From: an uncultured Gemmatimonadaceae bacterium
Lineage (GTDB): Bacteria; Gemmatimonadota; Gemmatimonadetes; Gemmatimonadales; GWC2-71-9
Length of the DNA stretch: 64,000 nucleotides
Direction of reading: 5' to 3'
Assembly (NCBI GenBank): GCA_964574295.1
Contig: CAZNLY010000002.1
Coordinates: forward strand, 39,458 to 103,457
The notes under the pieces are model-generated. The model was not told the origin of the DNA. It did no database searches and saw only the letters and a program-made list of their open reading frames with translations. Position numbers and translations under genes: made by a program. Positions 52,310 through 61,589 of the stretch are shown piece after piece. The stretch's first letter is position 1, and the number at the start of each line of letters is the position of its first letter.

Positions 52310-53884
52310 TTACCGTCCGCGGCGCCCGCCTCCGCCGCCGCCACTCGGGGCACCACCGGCACGCGCACCACCGCCACCACCGCTGTACCCGCCCCCGCCG
52401 GCCCGCGCGCCTCCGCCGCTCGGCGCCCCTCCCCCACCGCTCCTCCCCGGGGGACCGTAGGACGGGGTGCTGTGACCCTGGGGACGGCTCCCCGACGCCT
52501 GCCCACCGGACCGCGACCCGCCGGGGCTCGAGGTGCGGCCTTGGGGAGCGTAGGCACCCCCGTTGCCCGCCGAACCGCGACGATTCGGCGAGCCACCGAC
52601 CGATTCAGGCGACCGGCTGGTCACGACGGGGCGGCGCGATCCATCGGAACCCCAGCCCCGGGCGCGGTCGGCACCACCCGACCCGGTGACACCCGCCTGG
52701 GGATGGGCTCGGGGCGACGCCCCGGACGGCTGGCCCATGGTCGGCCGGGCCCGCGCCGGCGCGCCGGATGCGGTGCCCGTTGCGGTGGCCCCGCTCAAGC
52801 CCCGCCGCCCGCTCGGAGTGACCGCGCTGCCGCCGCCGGTGGACTGGGTCGAAGGCCGACTGGCCGGCCGACGGCCGGGCTCCACGCTGCCGGAAATGGT
52901 CGCGGCGTCCACGGTGCGACGCCCGGGTGTGACGGCGCCCGCACCGAGCCCCGAGGCACCGAAGCCGCCGGCCTGGAAGGTCCGCGCACTCGGGGCCATC
53001 GCGTCGCCGCGCGGCCGATAAGGAATACCGGGGTCGGTGACGGTGCCGCCCGGCTTGAAGGTGTAGGGGCGATAGCCCGCGTAGCCGCCGCCGTAGCCCG
53101 GGTACCCGGGGTAGTAGCCGCCATAGGGTGGGTAGTAGCCCGGGGGCCGCGGATAGCCGTATCCGTACCCGTAGCCGGGATACCCGTAGTAGGGATACCC
53201 GCCGTAGCCGTAGCCATACCAGGGGTAGTAACCATAGGCGGGGTACCAGCCATACCCGTAGTACGGCCACGGGTCGTAGTAGCAGCAGCCGAAGGTGAGC
53301 CCGATGCTCCACCCGCTGGTGTAATAGGTGGGCCACGGCCAGCCGGTGACGCCGATGTAGGTGGTGTTGTCCGCGGCGACCTCCGCGGCGGAATAGACGA
53401 CGTAGCGGTCGATGGAGTACTCGAAGCCCTGCCCCGTCATCTGCAGGACCACGTCGGTCATCGTGGCTTCGGGATCGTCGGCGGCGTTGAACTGGTCGAA
53501 GACATTGAAGTCCCAGTGGTCGCCGCGGACATACCCGGAGAACTGGAACGGGGACTTCGACCACGCGGCGTACACCATGCCACCACCGCCGGCCTGGTCG
53601 AGGTAGAACGAGCCGCGCGAGTCGCGCCCGACGATGGCGTAGTTCTTCCCGCCGCGAATGAAGTTGTCGTCGCCCGGGTCGAGCGGGAACAGCACGCGAA
53701 CCTTGCCATTGCCGTCGGACATGAGCACGACGACGTAACCATCGGCGGCGGCCTTGAAGGTGACCTTGGCCCACTCGCCACGGTTGTATTGCCCGCTGTT
53801 GTTGAGGGAGACGACGATCGGCGGCGGGGGCCCGTCGGCGAGGACCGCAGAGACGGCGAGTGCACCCAGAAGCGTGGTCAGCAT
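52310..53884 (-). CDS. DUF4384 domain protein with a Tyr/Gly/Pro-rich block and a Gly/Ser/Arg-rich tail
   Basis: Hydrophobic leader, then a DUF4384-like segment (YNRGEWAKVTFKAAADGYVVVLMSDGNGKVRVLFPLDPGDDNFI). Extreme low complexity from about residue 180 onward. Confidence 0.8.
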   Translation of the reverse strand: MLTTLLGALAVSAVLADGPPPPIVVSLNNSGQYNRGEWAKVTFKAAADGYVVVLMSDGNGKVRVLFPLDPGDDNFIRGGKNYAIVGRDSRGSFYLDQAGGGGMVYAAWSKSPFQFSGYVRGDHWDFNVFDQFNAADDPEATMTDVVLQMTGQGFEYSIDRYVVYSAAEVAADNTTYIGVTGWPWPTYYTSGWSIGLTFGCCYYDPWPYYGYGWYPAYGYYPWYGYGYGGYPYYGYPGYGYGYGYPRPPGYYPPYGGYYPGYPGYGGGYAGYRPYTFKPGGTVTDPGIPYRPRGDAMAPSARTFQAGGFGASGLGAGAVTPGRRTVDAATISGSVEPGRRPASRPSTQSTGGGSAVTPSGRRGLSGATATGTASGAPARARPTMGQPSGASPRAHPQAGVTGSGGADRARGWGSDGSRRPVVTSRSPESVGGSPNRRGSAGNGGAYAPQGRTSSPGGSRSGGQASGSRPQGHSTPSYGPPGRSGGGGAPSGGGARAGGGGYSGGGGGARAGGAPSGGGGGGRRGR

Positions 53885-54040
53885 GGTAACCCCCTGGCGG
53901 TGCCGTCGGTGTCGGACGACTTGGCCCGACGGCGATCCCTCCTGCGTACAGCGAGGGACATGCCACGCCCTAAGACATTGACAATCAACAGCTTACTTCA
54001 ACTCATCGTCCCCTGAGACGTCCCCTCGGTGGGACGCAGG

Positions 54041-54475
54041 TCAGCCCTCGCGTCCTCCCGCCCAGCGGTGCCAGTACATCCGGAGCTCAGACACTCGATC
54101 TCCAGCCGTTTCGCAAAAGATGGCCCCCCGCGCCTCGACCCACTCCCCGGTGCGCCGACGGCGGAACGACACCTTGAACTCGGTCGAGAACCACGGGCCG
54201 GCGACGAAGATTTCTCCACTGCTGAACGTGATCTCGGCCTGATGGACCGGCACATCCCTCCAATACTGGAGGATGGCCTCCCTCCCCTGCCGCGGCGCGC
54301 TGTAGGGCGTCTCGATGAACACGGCGTCGTCTGCAAACACCGACATCAGGAGCGGCACGTCGGCCTTGGCCCAGCCCTTGCCGAACGTGTCGACCAGGGT
54401 CCGGCCGAGGGCCCGCGTGTCGGGAGCGGCGCTTGCCGCGGATCCCGCTGACTCTGACATTTCAGCCTCCTCCAT
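54041..54475 (-). CDS. NTF2-like (SnoaL/DUF4440-type) protein
   Basis: ..LMSVFADDAVFIETPYSAPRQGREAILQYWRD.. matches the NTF2-fold pattern. The start is more likely the second ATG at 54460, which avoids a head-to-head overlap with the gene starting at 54474. Confidence 0.7.
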   Translation of the reverse strand: MEEAEMSESAGSAASAAPDTRALGRTLVDTFGKGWAKADVPLLMSVFADDAVFIETPYSAPRQGREAILQYWRDVPVHQAEITFSSGEIFVAGPWFSTEFKVSFRRRRTGEWVEARGAIFCETAGDRVSELRMYWHRWAGGREG

Positions 54476-57107
54476 GCCTCGAAATCTATCCCTGCGCCCC
54501 GTGCGGTGTGTGCTGGTCGTCCTCGTGCTCGCGACCTGGGCCCAGCGCCTCCCGGCACAGGCCGGCTGCCCTGATTCGGCGGCGGCGCGGATCGGGCGCG
54601 CGTGGGCGGCCTACCGCGCCGACTCGCTCGAGCGCGCGGCCGACGGGTTCAGGCCCTTCGCAACGTGCGGGGCGACCAGCGGCCTCGTGGGGTTGGGATT
54701 CGTGGAGCTTCGGCTCGGTCGCGTGGGCAGCGCGGAGACACTCTTCGCGAGGGCCATCGCCGCAGACTCCCTGCTGGTGGACGCGTGGGAGGGCCTGGCC
54801 CGCGCCGCCGCACGGGAGGGAAATGAGGACGAGGCGGTGCTGGCCGCGCGGACGGCGTGGCGGCTCGATCCCTCCCGCGCCGACCTTCGCGCCCTTCTCG
54901 ACGGTCTCAATCCCGACTGGGATCGGCCCCCGCTCGGCCCACGCGTGCGCCCCCCGCGCCTGCAGCTGGTGTCGCGCACCATGGGCGAGCGGTTCGAGAT
55001 CAGCACGGCCGCCGGACGCTGGAGCCCCTTCTACATCCAGGGCGTCAATCTTGGCGTGGCCCTGCCGGGGCGATTCCCGTCCGAGTTCCCGACCGACTCC
55101 GCGCTGTACGCCGGGTGGCTCGACACCCTCTCGGCCATGCACGCCAACGCCGTCCGGCTCTACACCATCCTTCCGCCGGCATTCTATCGCGCGCTGCGCG
55201 GATGGAATCGCACGCATCCCGATCGGATCGTCTGGCTCGTGCAGGGGGTCTGGACCGAATTGCCCCCCGGGCACGACTTCGACGACCCCGACTGGAAGGG
55301 AGCGTTCCGGGACGAGATGCGCCGCGTCGTGAACCTCGTCCACGGCCACCTCGACCTGCCACCCCGGCCAGGGCACGCCGGCGGGCGCTACGACGCCGAC
55401 GTCTCCCCGTGGACGTTCGGGTACATCCTCGGGCGGGAGTGGGAGCCCTTTGCCGTACAGGCGTACGACCAGGAGCATCCCGGACGGCGGGCGTACGCAG
55501 GGCGATTCCTTGCGGCCGCCGATGCGCCCGCACTGGACGCCTGGATGGCGGAGCAGTGCGACTATCTCCTCGGGTATGAGTTTGACCAGTGGAACGCGCT
55601 GCGTCCGGTGGCGTACACCAACTGGCCCACGCTCGATCCACTCTCGCACCCCACCGAATCGAGCACGGAGGAGGAGATCGAGGCCCGGCGCCGCGCAGGG
55701 CGGCCGGTGACCGGCACCCGCCTCGAGTACGAGAACGACGCAGTCGGGCTGGACCCGAAACTCATCCGGCCGACCTCGCGCAATCCGGCCGGTTGGTTCG
55801 CGAGCTACCACGCCTATCCGTACTACCCGGACTTCATGATCTACGACCCGGGGTACCTGGCCGGGGTGTCGCCGGAGGGTCCCTCGGCGTATTTCGCGTA
55901 CCTGGAGGAGCTCCGCGCGCACCACTCGGGCATCCCGCTGCTCATTGCGGAGTACGGCGTGCCCTCGAGCCGCGGCGTGGCGCACCTGCAGCCCCAGGGG
56001 TGGAACCATGGCGGGCATGATGAACAGGCGATGGCGGCCATTGACGCCCGGCTGACCCGCGACATCCGCGCGAGTGGCGCCGCCGGGGCCATCATCTTCG
56101 CGTGGACCGACGAGTGGTTCAAGCGCAACTGGGCGGTGATGGACCTCGAGCTCCCCGAAGAACGCAACCGCCTCTGGCTGAACGTGATGGATGCCGAGCA
56201 GCAGTACGGCATCCTGGGTCAGTATGCGGGGGCCCCGGGGGAGCGTCCGGAGCTCGGGGGAGACGCCATCCGATGGGGGCGCATGGTGCCGCTCGCGTCG
56301 GGCCGAGGACCGCTCCGGACACTCCGCGCGGGAGCGGATGCGGCGTATCTCTACCTCGCGCTGCAGTTCGAGCCCGCCGCCGTCGATTGGGCCCGCGATG
56401 CCCTGGCCGTGGCGATCGACACCTACCGGCCCGATCGCGGGCAGCTCGCGCTGCCCGACAGCCTGCTCACCAGTGAAATCGGGTTCGAATTCCTGCTGAC
56501 GCTTGCCGGTCCGGTAGACGGGCACCTGCGCGTAGTGCCATCGTACAATCCCTTCGCCGGCCGGGCGGCCATTCTCGATGGCGACGACTTCGGCCAGTTC
56601 CACCGCCGGCCGGCCACCCTCGGGGTCGAGGCCGACGGGCGGTTCGACGAGCTGTTCATGATCACGAATCGCGCGCGCTACGGCCGTGACGGCGGCTTCT
56701 GGCCGGCGCAGGGTGTGGACCGGGGCAGGCTGCGGTTCGGCACGGCGCAGGCAAGCACGCTATCGGATTGGTACATGGACAGCGCCGCCGGACTCGTCGA
56801 AATCCGGATTCCCTGGGCGCTCCTGAACGTGACCGACCCGTCGAGCCACACGGTGCTCCTCGACTCGCCGGGGCAGACCGGCGGTGAATTCGGTACGGCG
56901 TCGACGGACGGGTTCCGGATCGGGGCGGTGCTGTATCGGGAAGGGAAGCCCACAGCGGTCCGCGCCGCACTGCCGGAAGCGGCGGGTGGCCGGTGGCGAG
57001 CCGCCGACTTCACGCCGTACGCGTGGCCGGGTTGGGAGCAACCCACCTCCCACGGCCGGCTCAAGCCGGTGTACGATTCCCTTCGAGCCGTCTGGGCGCC
57101 GCGTTGA
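54474..57107 (+). CDS. Secreted TPR + TIM-barrel glycoside-hydrolase-like + carbohydrate-binding-like protein
   Basis: Starts at an internal ATG with a signal peptide (MPRNLSLRPVRCVLVVLVLATWAQRLPAQA). TPR-like N-terminus and a GH clan-A-like core (FYIQGVNLGVALPG..ANAVRLYTILPP..LLIAEYGVPSS..IIFAWTDEWFKRNW). The family assignment is tentative. Confidence 0.7.
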   Translation: MPRNLSLRPVRCVLVVLVLATWAQRLPAQAGCPDSAAARIGRAWAAYRADSLERAADGFRPFATCGATSGLVGLGFVELRLGRVGSAETLFARAIAADSLLVDAWEGLARAAAREGNEDEAVLAARTAWRLDPSRADLRALLDGLNPDWDRPPLGPRVRPPRLQLVSRTMGERFEISTAAGRWSPFYIQGVNLGVALPGRFPSEFPTDSALYAGWLDTLSAMHANAVRLYTILPPAFYRALRGWNRTHPDRIVWLVQGVWTELPPGHDFDDPDWKGAFRDEMRRVVNLVHGHLDLPPRPGHAGGRYDADVSPWTFGYILGREWEPFAVQAYDQEHPGRRAYAGRFLAAADAPALDAWMAEQCDYLLGYEFDQWNALRPVAYTNWPTLDPLSHPTESSTEEEIEARRRAGRPVTGTRLEYENDAVGLDPKLIRPTSRNPAGWFASYHAYPYYPDFMIYDPGYLAGVSPEGPSAYFAYLEELRAHHSGIPLLIAEYGVPSSRGVAHLQPQGWNHGGHDEQAMAAIDARLTRDIRASGAAGAIIFAWTDEWFKRNWAVMDLELPEERNRLWLNVMDAEQQYGILGQYAGAPGERPELGGDAIRWGRMVPLASGRGPLRTLRAGADAAYLYLALQFEPAAVDWARDALAVAIDTYRPDRGQLALPDSLLTSEIGFEFLLTLAGPVDGHLRVVPSYNPFAGRAAILDGDDFGQFHRRPATLGVEADGRFDELFMITNRARYGRDGGFWPAQGVDRGRLRFGTAQASTLSDWYMDSAAGLVEIRIPWALLNVTDPSSHTVLLDSPGQTGGEFGTASTDGFRIGAVLYREGKPTAVRAALPEAAGGRWRAADFTPYAWPGWEQPTSHGRLKPVYDSLRAVWAPR

Positions 57108-57144
57108 CCGTGTCGCCTCCCCCACGATCCCTGTCGAGGCACCG

Positions 57145-58719
57145 GTGAGGACTGCGCTCCGACTCGCGATGACCGCCTGGTTCCTGCTCCTCCTCCCGCG
57201 CGCGAGTGCCGCGCAGGTGTCGGAGGCAGACGCGGCGTGGAACCAGGGTCGCTACGGGGAGGCGCGCGCGGCCTACCTTCGGGCCCTGGCCGATGACCCC
57301 GCCTCGGTGCGCGCCGCCTACCGGCTCGGGGTCCTGGCGGCGTGGGACGGCAACCTCGACTCCGCCCTCACCTACCTGGCACGCGCCCGTGCGGCGGATC
57401 CCGACGACCCGGATGTCCGCGCGATGCAGGCCACCGTGCTCACCTGGGCCGGCCGCTACGGCGAGGCCACGGTGCTCTGGGACAGCCTCATCGTGCTCTA
57501 CCCTTCGCGGGTGGACGGACTGCTCGGAAAGGCGCGGACGCTCGCGTGGGACGGTCGGACCGCGACGGCCGACTCCCTGTACCGCGAGGTCCTGGTCCGC
57601 GACCCGGTGAACATCGAGGCGATGGCCGGACAGGCACAACTGGCGTTCTGGGACGGGAGGAACGACGAGGCGATCACCGGCTATCAGCGCGCCCTGTCGT
57701 ACCAGCCGCGCGACGTGGCCTCCCGCGTCGGCCTGGCCCAGGTGTACCGCGCCACGGGCCGCCAGCTGGAGGCCATGGCACAGGCGGACAGCGCGGTCAT
57801 GCTGGCGCCCGGCAATCGGGACGCACAGTGGGCCCAGGTGGACCTGTCACGGACCACCGGCGCCGCCGTGGACGTGACGCTCGGCTGGAGCGACGACAGC
57901 GACCGAAACGAGATGTGGTGGCAGTTGGTGTCGGCGTCGACGCAGGCGGCAAACCGCACGCGGGTGTTCGGGTCCGTCGGAGCCTACGAGGGCAGCAGCG
58001 TGCCCTCCGTCCGTGCGGCCCGGGGGACGGGGGAGTTCGGCGCGACCTACACGCAGGCGAGCTGGCAGCTGACCGGTGCGGTCGGGGTGCAGGGGCTCTG
58101 GCCCGACTCGGGGCTCACGCGCACCGTGCTCACCGGGCGACTCGGGGCCTCGGTGCGCCTTGCGCCCGGAGCGGTGATCGGCGTGAGCTATTCCCACTTC
58201 CCCTTTGCCGAGACCGCGGTCCTCATCGGGTCGGGAATCGACATTGATGCGGCGGACCTCACCGTCGACGCCCCGCTCGGAAACAAGCTCGCCCTGAGCG
58301 CCGGGGGCGGCGCCGGGTGGTACAGCGACGGGAACGTTCGCAGTTCCGCGGTGCTCGCCGTCACCAAGCAGCTGCCGAGCCGGTTCTTCGCGGGCGGGTT
58401 GGTGCGGATGGTGTGGTACAGCGAGACGGAGCCGCTCTACTTCTCGCCCGACCGGTTCACGGTGCTCGAGGCGCGCGGCGGGTACGTGCGCTACGGCCGG
58501 TCCTGGGAGACTCGGGTGAGCGCCGGCGCCGGCGGGCAGCAGATCGGGATCAGCGGTGAGTGGCAATTCGAGGGACACGCGGAAGGCCGGGTCGCCTGGT
58601 GGTTTGCGGAGCGGAGCCGGCTGGAGGCATTCGCCGGCATCAGCAACAGCGCCTACCTGTCGGCCACCGGGGCGTACCGGTGGGGCACGGCCGGCCTGGT
58701 GCTGCGCCTCGGCATCTGA
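57145..58719 (+). CDS. TPR-repeat protein with a C-terminal outer-membrane beta-barrel (PgaA/PelB/YaiO-like architecture)
   Basis: GTG start (alternative ATG at 57169). Signal peptide, about 6 TPR units, then about 270 aa of alternating amphipathic beta-strand pattern (..VDVTLGWSDDSDRNEMWWQLVSAS.. to ..YRWGTAGLVLRLGI). Confidence 0.7.
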   Translation: MRTALRLAMTAWFLLLLPRASAAQVSEADAAWNQGRYGEARAAYLRALADDPASVRAAYRLGVLAAWDGNLDSALTYLARARAADPDDPDVRAMQATVLTWAGRYGEATVLWDSLIVLYPSRVDGLLGKARTLAWDGRTATADSLYREVLVRDPVNIEAMAGQAQLAFWDGRNDEAITGYQRALSYQPRDVASRVGLAQVYRATGRQLEAMAQADSAVMLAPGNRDAQWAQVDLSRTTGAAVDVTLGWSDDSDRNEMWWQLVSASTQAANRTRVFGSVGAYEGSSVPSVRAARGTGEFGATYTQASWQLTGAVGVQGLWPDSGLTRTVLTGRLGASVRLAPGAVIGVSYSHFPFAETAVLIGSGIDIDAADLTVDAPLGNKLALSAGGGAGWYSDGNVRSSAVLAVTKQLPSRFFAGGLVRMVWYSETEPLYFSPDRFTVLEARGGYVRYGRSWETRVSAGAGGQQIGISGEWQFEGHAEGRVAWWFAERSRLEAFAGISNSAYLSATGAYRWGTAGLVLRLGI

Positions 58720-58738
58720 AGGGCCGGATCCAGCGGGC

Positions 58739-59482
58739 TCACTCGGTTGGGCCGAAGGGGTGCTCGAGGCTCAGGTAGAGCAGGATCCCATCGCCCCCGC
58801 TGTCACCGAGGTCAATGGGAAAGCTGATGCCGGGCACCAGCTGGGCGGAGCCCAGGTTGAAGGCCGCGCGTGCGCCGGGATTGAGCGTGAAGCTCGGCGG
58901 CTGCCCCTCGGCGCCGACGTAGAGCCCCTCCACCAGCAGGTTGAACCGCGCCATCGTCAGCCAGACCACGCTCCCCCCCGCGTTCACCGTCGCCGGACCG
59001 ACTCCGACGGTGGCGCCGAGGTTCCAGTGGGAGACGAAGGCCTTGGTGAGCACGACGCTCGCCGGCACGTTGACCTGGACCGAGAAGGGGGCGCCGCCGC
59101 TGCTCCCCACGTCTCCAAGCAACGAGACCCGGGGAGAGACGATCCAGGATCCCTCGGCGCTCCCGAGGAGCTGGCGGCGGTAGTTGAGGATCAGGGTCGT
59201 GAAGGTCCTGCCGCCGAGCGATTCGTCCCCGACCAGGCTCAGGCCGACGCTCATCTGATTGAGCACCCCACCGGCCGGCCACTCGTCGGTGAAGGTCAGC
59301 GCCCACCCGCCACCCCGGTTGTCGGTGTAGGTCCCGATGTGCTGAACGACGTTGCGCTCCTGGTTGTAGGCCTCCTCGATCAGGAAGCTGTTGTCCGCGA
59401 TCGGCTCCCCGGCTTCCTGCGCCGACAGCGCGGGACAGACGGCGAGCACGGCCAGGGCCGCCGGGACGAGCGGCGCCCTCAT
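58739..59482 (-). CDS. Outer-membrane beta-barrel protein (MetA-pathway/phenol-degradation-like transporter family)
   Basis: Internal ATG with an ATGA overlap on the mntH stop. Signal peptide [22 protein letters not shown], a [10 protein letters not shown] motif and alternating beta-strand pattern. Confidence 0.75.
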   Translation of the reverse strand: MRAPLVPAALAVLAVCPALSAQEAGEPIADNSFLIEEAYNQERNVVQHIGTYTDNRGGGWALTFTDEWPAGGVLNQMSVGLSLVGDESLGGRTFTTLILNYRRQLLGSAEGSWIVSPRVSLLGDVGSSGGAPFSVQVNVPASVVLTKAFVSHWNLGATVGVGPATVNAGGSVVWLTMARFNLLVEGLYVGAEGQPPSFTLNPGARAAFNLGSAQLVPGISFPIDLGDSGGDGILLYLSLEHPFGPTE

Positions 59483-60828
59483 CCGCGGAAGGTCTCGAAG
59501 AGCAGCCACGCGTTCAGGGCGCCGATCAGGACCGCGACGGCCCAGGCGAGTGCCTTGACGAGCGGGGGGTTCACGAACACGCCCATCTTGGCCCGGTCAC
59601 TGGTGAAGATCACCAGCGGCACCACCGCGAACGACAGCTGCATGCTGAGGATGACCTGGCTGAGGATGAGCAGCTGCCCAGTGCCCCGCTCGCCCGCCAC
59701 GGCGGTGACGATCACGGCCGGCACGATGGCGATGAGTCGCGTGATGAGCCGCCGCAGCCACGCCGGAAGCCGGATGTTGAGGAATCCTTCCATGACGATC
59801 TGGCCGGCAAGCGTCCCCGTGATGGTCGAGTTCTGCCCCGACGCGAGCAGCGCGATGGCAAACAGGGCGCTGGCGGCTGCCGTGCCCAGGAGGGGCGAGA
59901 GGAGCTGGTAGGCGTCGCCGATGTCCGCCACGTCTTGGTGCCCGGTGGAGTGGAAGGTGGCGGACGCCAGCACGAGGATGGCCGCGTTGATGAAGAACGC
60001 GAAGAAGAGGGCCAGAGTGGAATCGATCGTGGCGAACTTGATGGCCTCCCGCTTCCCTTCCTCGGTGTGCCCGAAGTCGCGGGTCTGCACGATCGAGCTG
60101 TGGAGGTACAGGTTGTGGGGCATGACGGTGGCGCCGAGAATGCCGATGGCGATGTAGAGCCGTGCCGGGTCGGTGATGATCGACGCCGTCGGTACGAGAC
60201 CCCGGGCCACCTCGGCGAAGACCGGCTGTGCCAGGAGCAGTTCGACGGCGAAGCACCCGCCGATGGTGGCCACCAGCGTCAGGACCACCGCCTCGAGCCA
60301 CCGGAAGCCCTTGTGCTGGAGGAGGAGGATCAGCAGCACGTCCACGGCCGTGATGCACACCCCCCAGACCAGCGGAATCCCGAAGAGCAGGTTGAGCGCG
60401 ATGGCCGAGCCGATCACCTCGGCCAGGTCGCAGGCGGCGATGGCGATTTCGCACGCCACCCAGAGGGCAAAGCTCACCGGCCGCGAGAAGTGGTCGCGGC
60501 AGGCCTGGGCCAGGTCGCGGCCGGTCACGATGCCCAGGCGCAGGGCGAGCGCCTGCAGCAGGATGGCCATCAGGTTGGAGATGAGGATCACGCTGAGGAG
60601 GGCGTAGCCGAAGCGCGCACCGCCCGCCAGGTCGGTAGCCCAGTTGCCCGGGTCCATGTAGCCCACGGCCACGAGGTACCCCGGCCCGGCGAAGGCCAGC
60701 ATCTTGCGCCACCACACCGCGCCGCGTGGAATGGCGACGGTCCGGAACGCCTCGGGCAGGGTCGGCGACACCCGGGGCAGCCGCCACCCAGACGTCATCT
60801 CCTCGATGGGAGAGCCGGCGGCGCTCAT
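59479..60828 (-). CDS. mntH: Nramp family divalent metal (Mn2+) transporter MntH
   Basis: [23 protein letters not shown] (DPGN motif) and 11 TM segments. ATGA overlap with the mntR stop. Confidence 0.95.
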   Translation of the reverse strand: MSAAGSPIEEMTSGWRLPRVSPTLPEAFRTVAIPRGAVWWRKMLAFAGPGYLVAVGYMDPGNWATDLAGGARFGYALLSVILISNLMAILLQALALRLGIVTGRDLAQACRDHFSRPVSFALWVACEIAIAACDLAEVIGSAIALNLLFGIPLVWGVCITAVDVLLILLLQHKGFRWLEAVVLTLVATIGGCFAVELLLAQPVFAEVARGLVPTASIITDPARLYIAIGILGATVMPHNLYLHSSIVQTRDFGHTEEGKREAIKFATIDSTLALFFAFFINAAILVLASATFHSTGHQDVADIGDAYQLLSPLLGTAAASALFAIALLASGQNSTITGTLAGQIVMEGFLNIRLPAWLRRLITRLIAIVPAVIVTAVAGERGTGQLLILSQVILSMQLSFAVVPLVIFTSDRAKMGVFVNPPLVKALAWAVAVLIGALNAWLLFETFRG

Positions 60829-61511
60829 CGGGCCTCCTCCGGCGCGCAGAGGAGCAGCGCCGCGAGCTCCGGGCCCACCAGCTGGTCACCCCCGAGCGTC
60901 CGAAGCGCCACCGGGCCGCCGAAGGGCTGCCGCGCCGTGACCGTGACGACGGCGCCGGGCACCAGCCCGTGCTCGGCCAGGTACCTGAGACGATCCGGCT
61001 GGCTGGTTTCGACTCGACGGATCCGAACCGGAAGCCCGATGGCCACTTCGGGGAGCGGCGTGTAGACGAGCTCCGCCATCGTGCCGTCCGGGGCGGGAAT
61101 CGGGTCGCCGTGCGGATCCACGCTCGGATTGCCGAGGGCCGCCGCCATGCGCTCGACCAGCGCATCGGAGACGGCGTGCTCGAGGCGTTCAGCCTCTTCG
61201 TGGACGGCGTCCCAGGTGTAATCGAGGAAGGCGACGAGGTAGGACTCGAGGATCCGATGGCGCCGGACCATCCGCAGCGCCGCGCGCCGGCCCGCCGCGG
61301 TGAGCTGGACCCCGCGATACGGTAGGTGCTCGAGCAACCCCTGTTCCGAGAGCCGCTTGACCATCCCGGTCACCGACGCGGGAGCCAGGTCGAGATGGCC
61401 GGCAATGTCGCTCGTGGAGGCGGGCGAGCCCGCCTCCGAGAGATGGAAGATTGTCTTGAGGTAGTCCTCGACCGAGCGCGTCAGGACCGGGAGCGTCGAA
61501 CCGCTAGGCAT
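60825..61511 (-). CDS. mntR: DtxR/MntR family metal-dependent transcriptional regulator with an FeoA/SH3-like C-terminal domain
   Basis: [12 protein letters not shown].., w[24 protein letters not shown], and metal-site residues in [25 protein letters not shown]. Confidence 0.9.
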   Translation of the reverse strand: MPSGSTLPVLTRSVEDYLKTIFHLSEAGSPASTSDIAGHLDLAPASVTGMVKRLSEQGLLEHLPYRGVQLTAAGRRAALRMVRRHRILESYLVAFLDYTWDAVHEEAERLEHAVSDALVERMAAALGNPSVDPHGDPIPAPDGTMAELVYTPLPEVAIGLPVRIRRVETSQPDRLRYLAEHGLVPGAVVTVTARQPFGGPVALRTLGGDQLVGPELAALLLCAPEEAR

Positions 61512-61523
61512 GCGAGTCAGCCG

Positions 61524-61566
61524 TAAATTAGGATGCCCTAAATATAGATTACTGCCATCCTAATCG
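61524..61566 (-). promoter_or_regulatory. AT-rich promoter region with DtxR-box-like inverted repeats (candidate MntR operator)
   Basis: ATTAGGATG (61527-61535) and CATCCTAAT (61556-61564) form a perfect 9-bp inverted repeat. The internal TTAGG-ATGC-CCTAA resembles the TTAGG..CCTAA halves of DtxR/IdeR boxes. TATATT lies between the arms on the minus strand. Confidence 0.5.
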
Positions 61567-61589
61567 CCAGCCCCCTGCCGGCGTCCGGT

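Noticed and set aside
52190-54016. A 608-aa plus-strand ORF and other frames overlapping the DUF4384 gene, and the question of whether the repetitive DNA at about 53060-53350 is a non-coding tandem repeat or CRISPR-like array.
   Set aside because: The repeats are short, degenerate codon-level repeats (TAC/GGC/CCG-type) that continue in frame from a recognisable DUF4384 domain. There is no repeat-spacer periodicity. The plus-strand frame has no domain signature.
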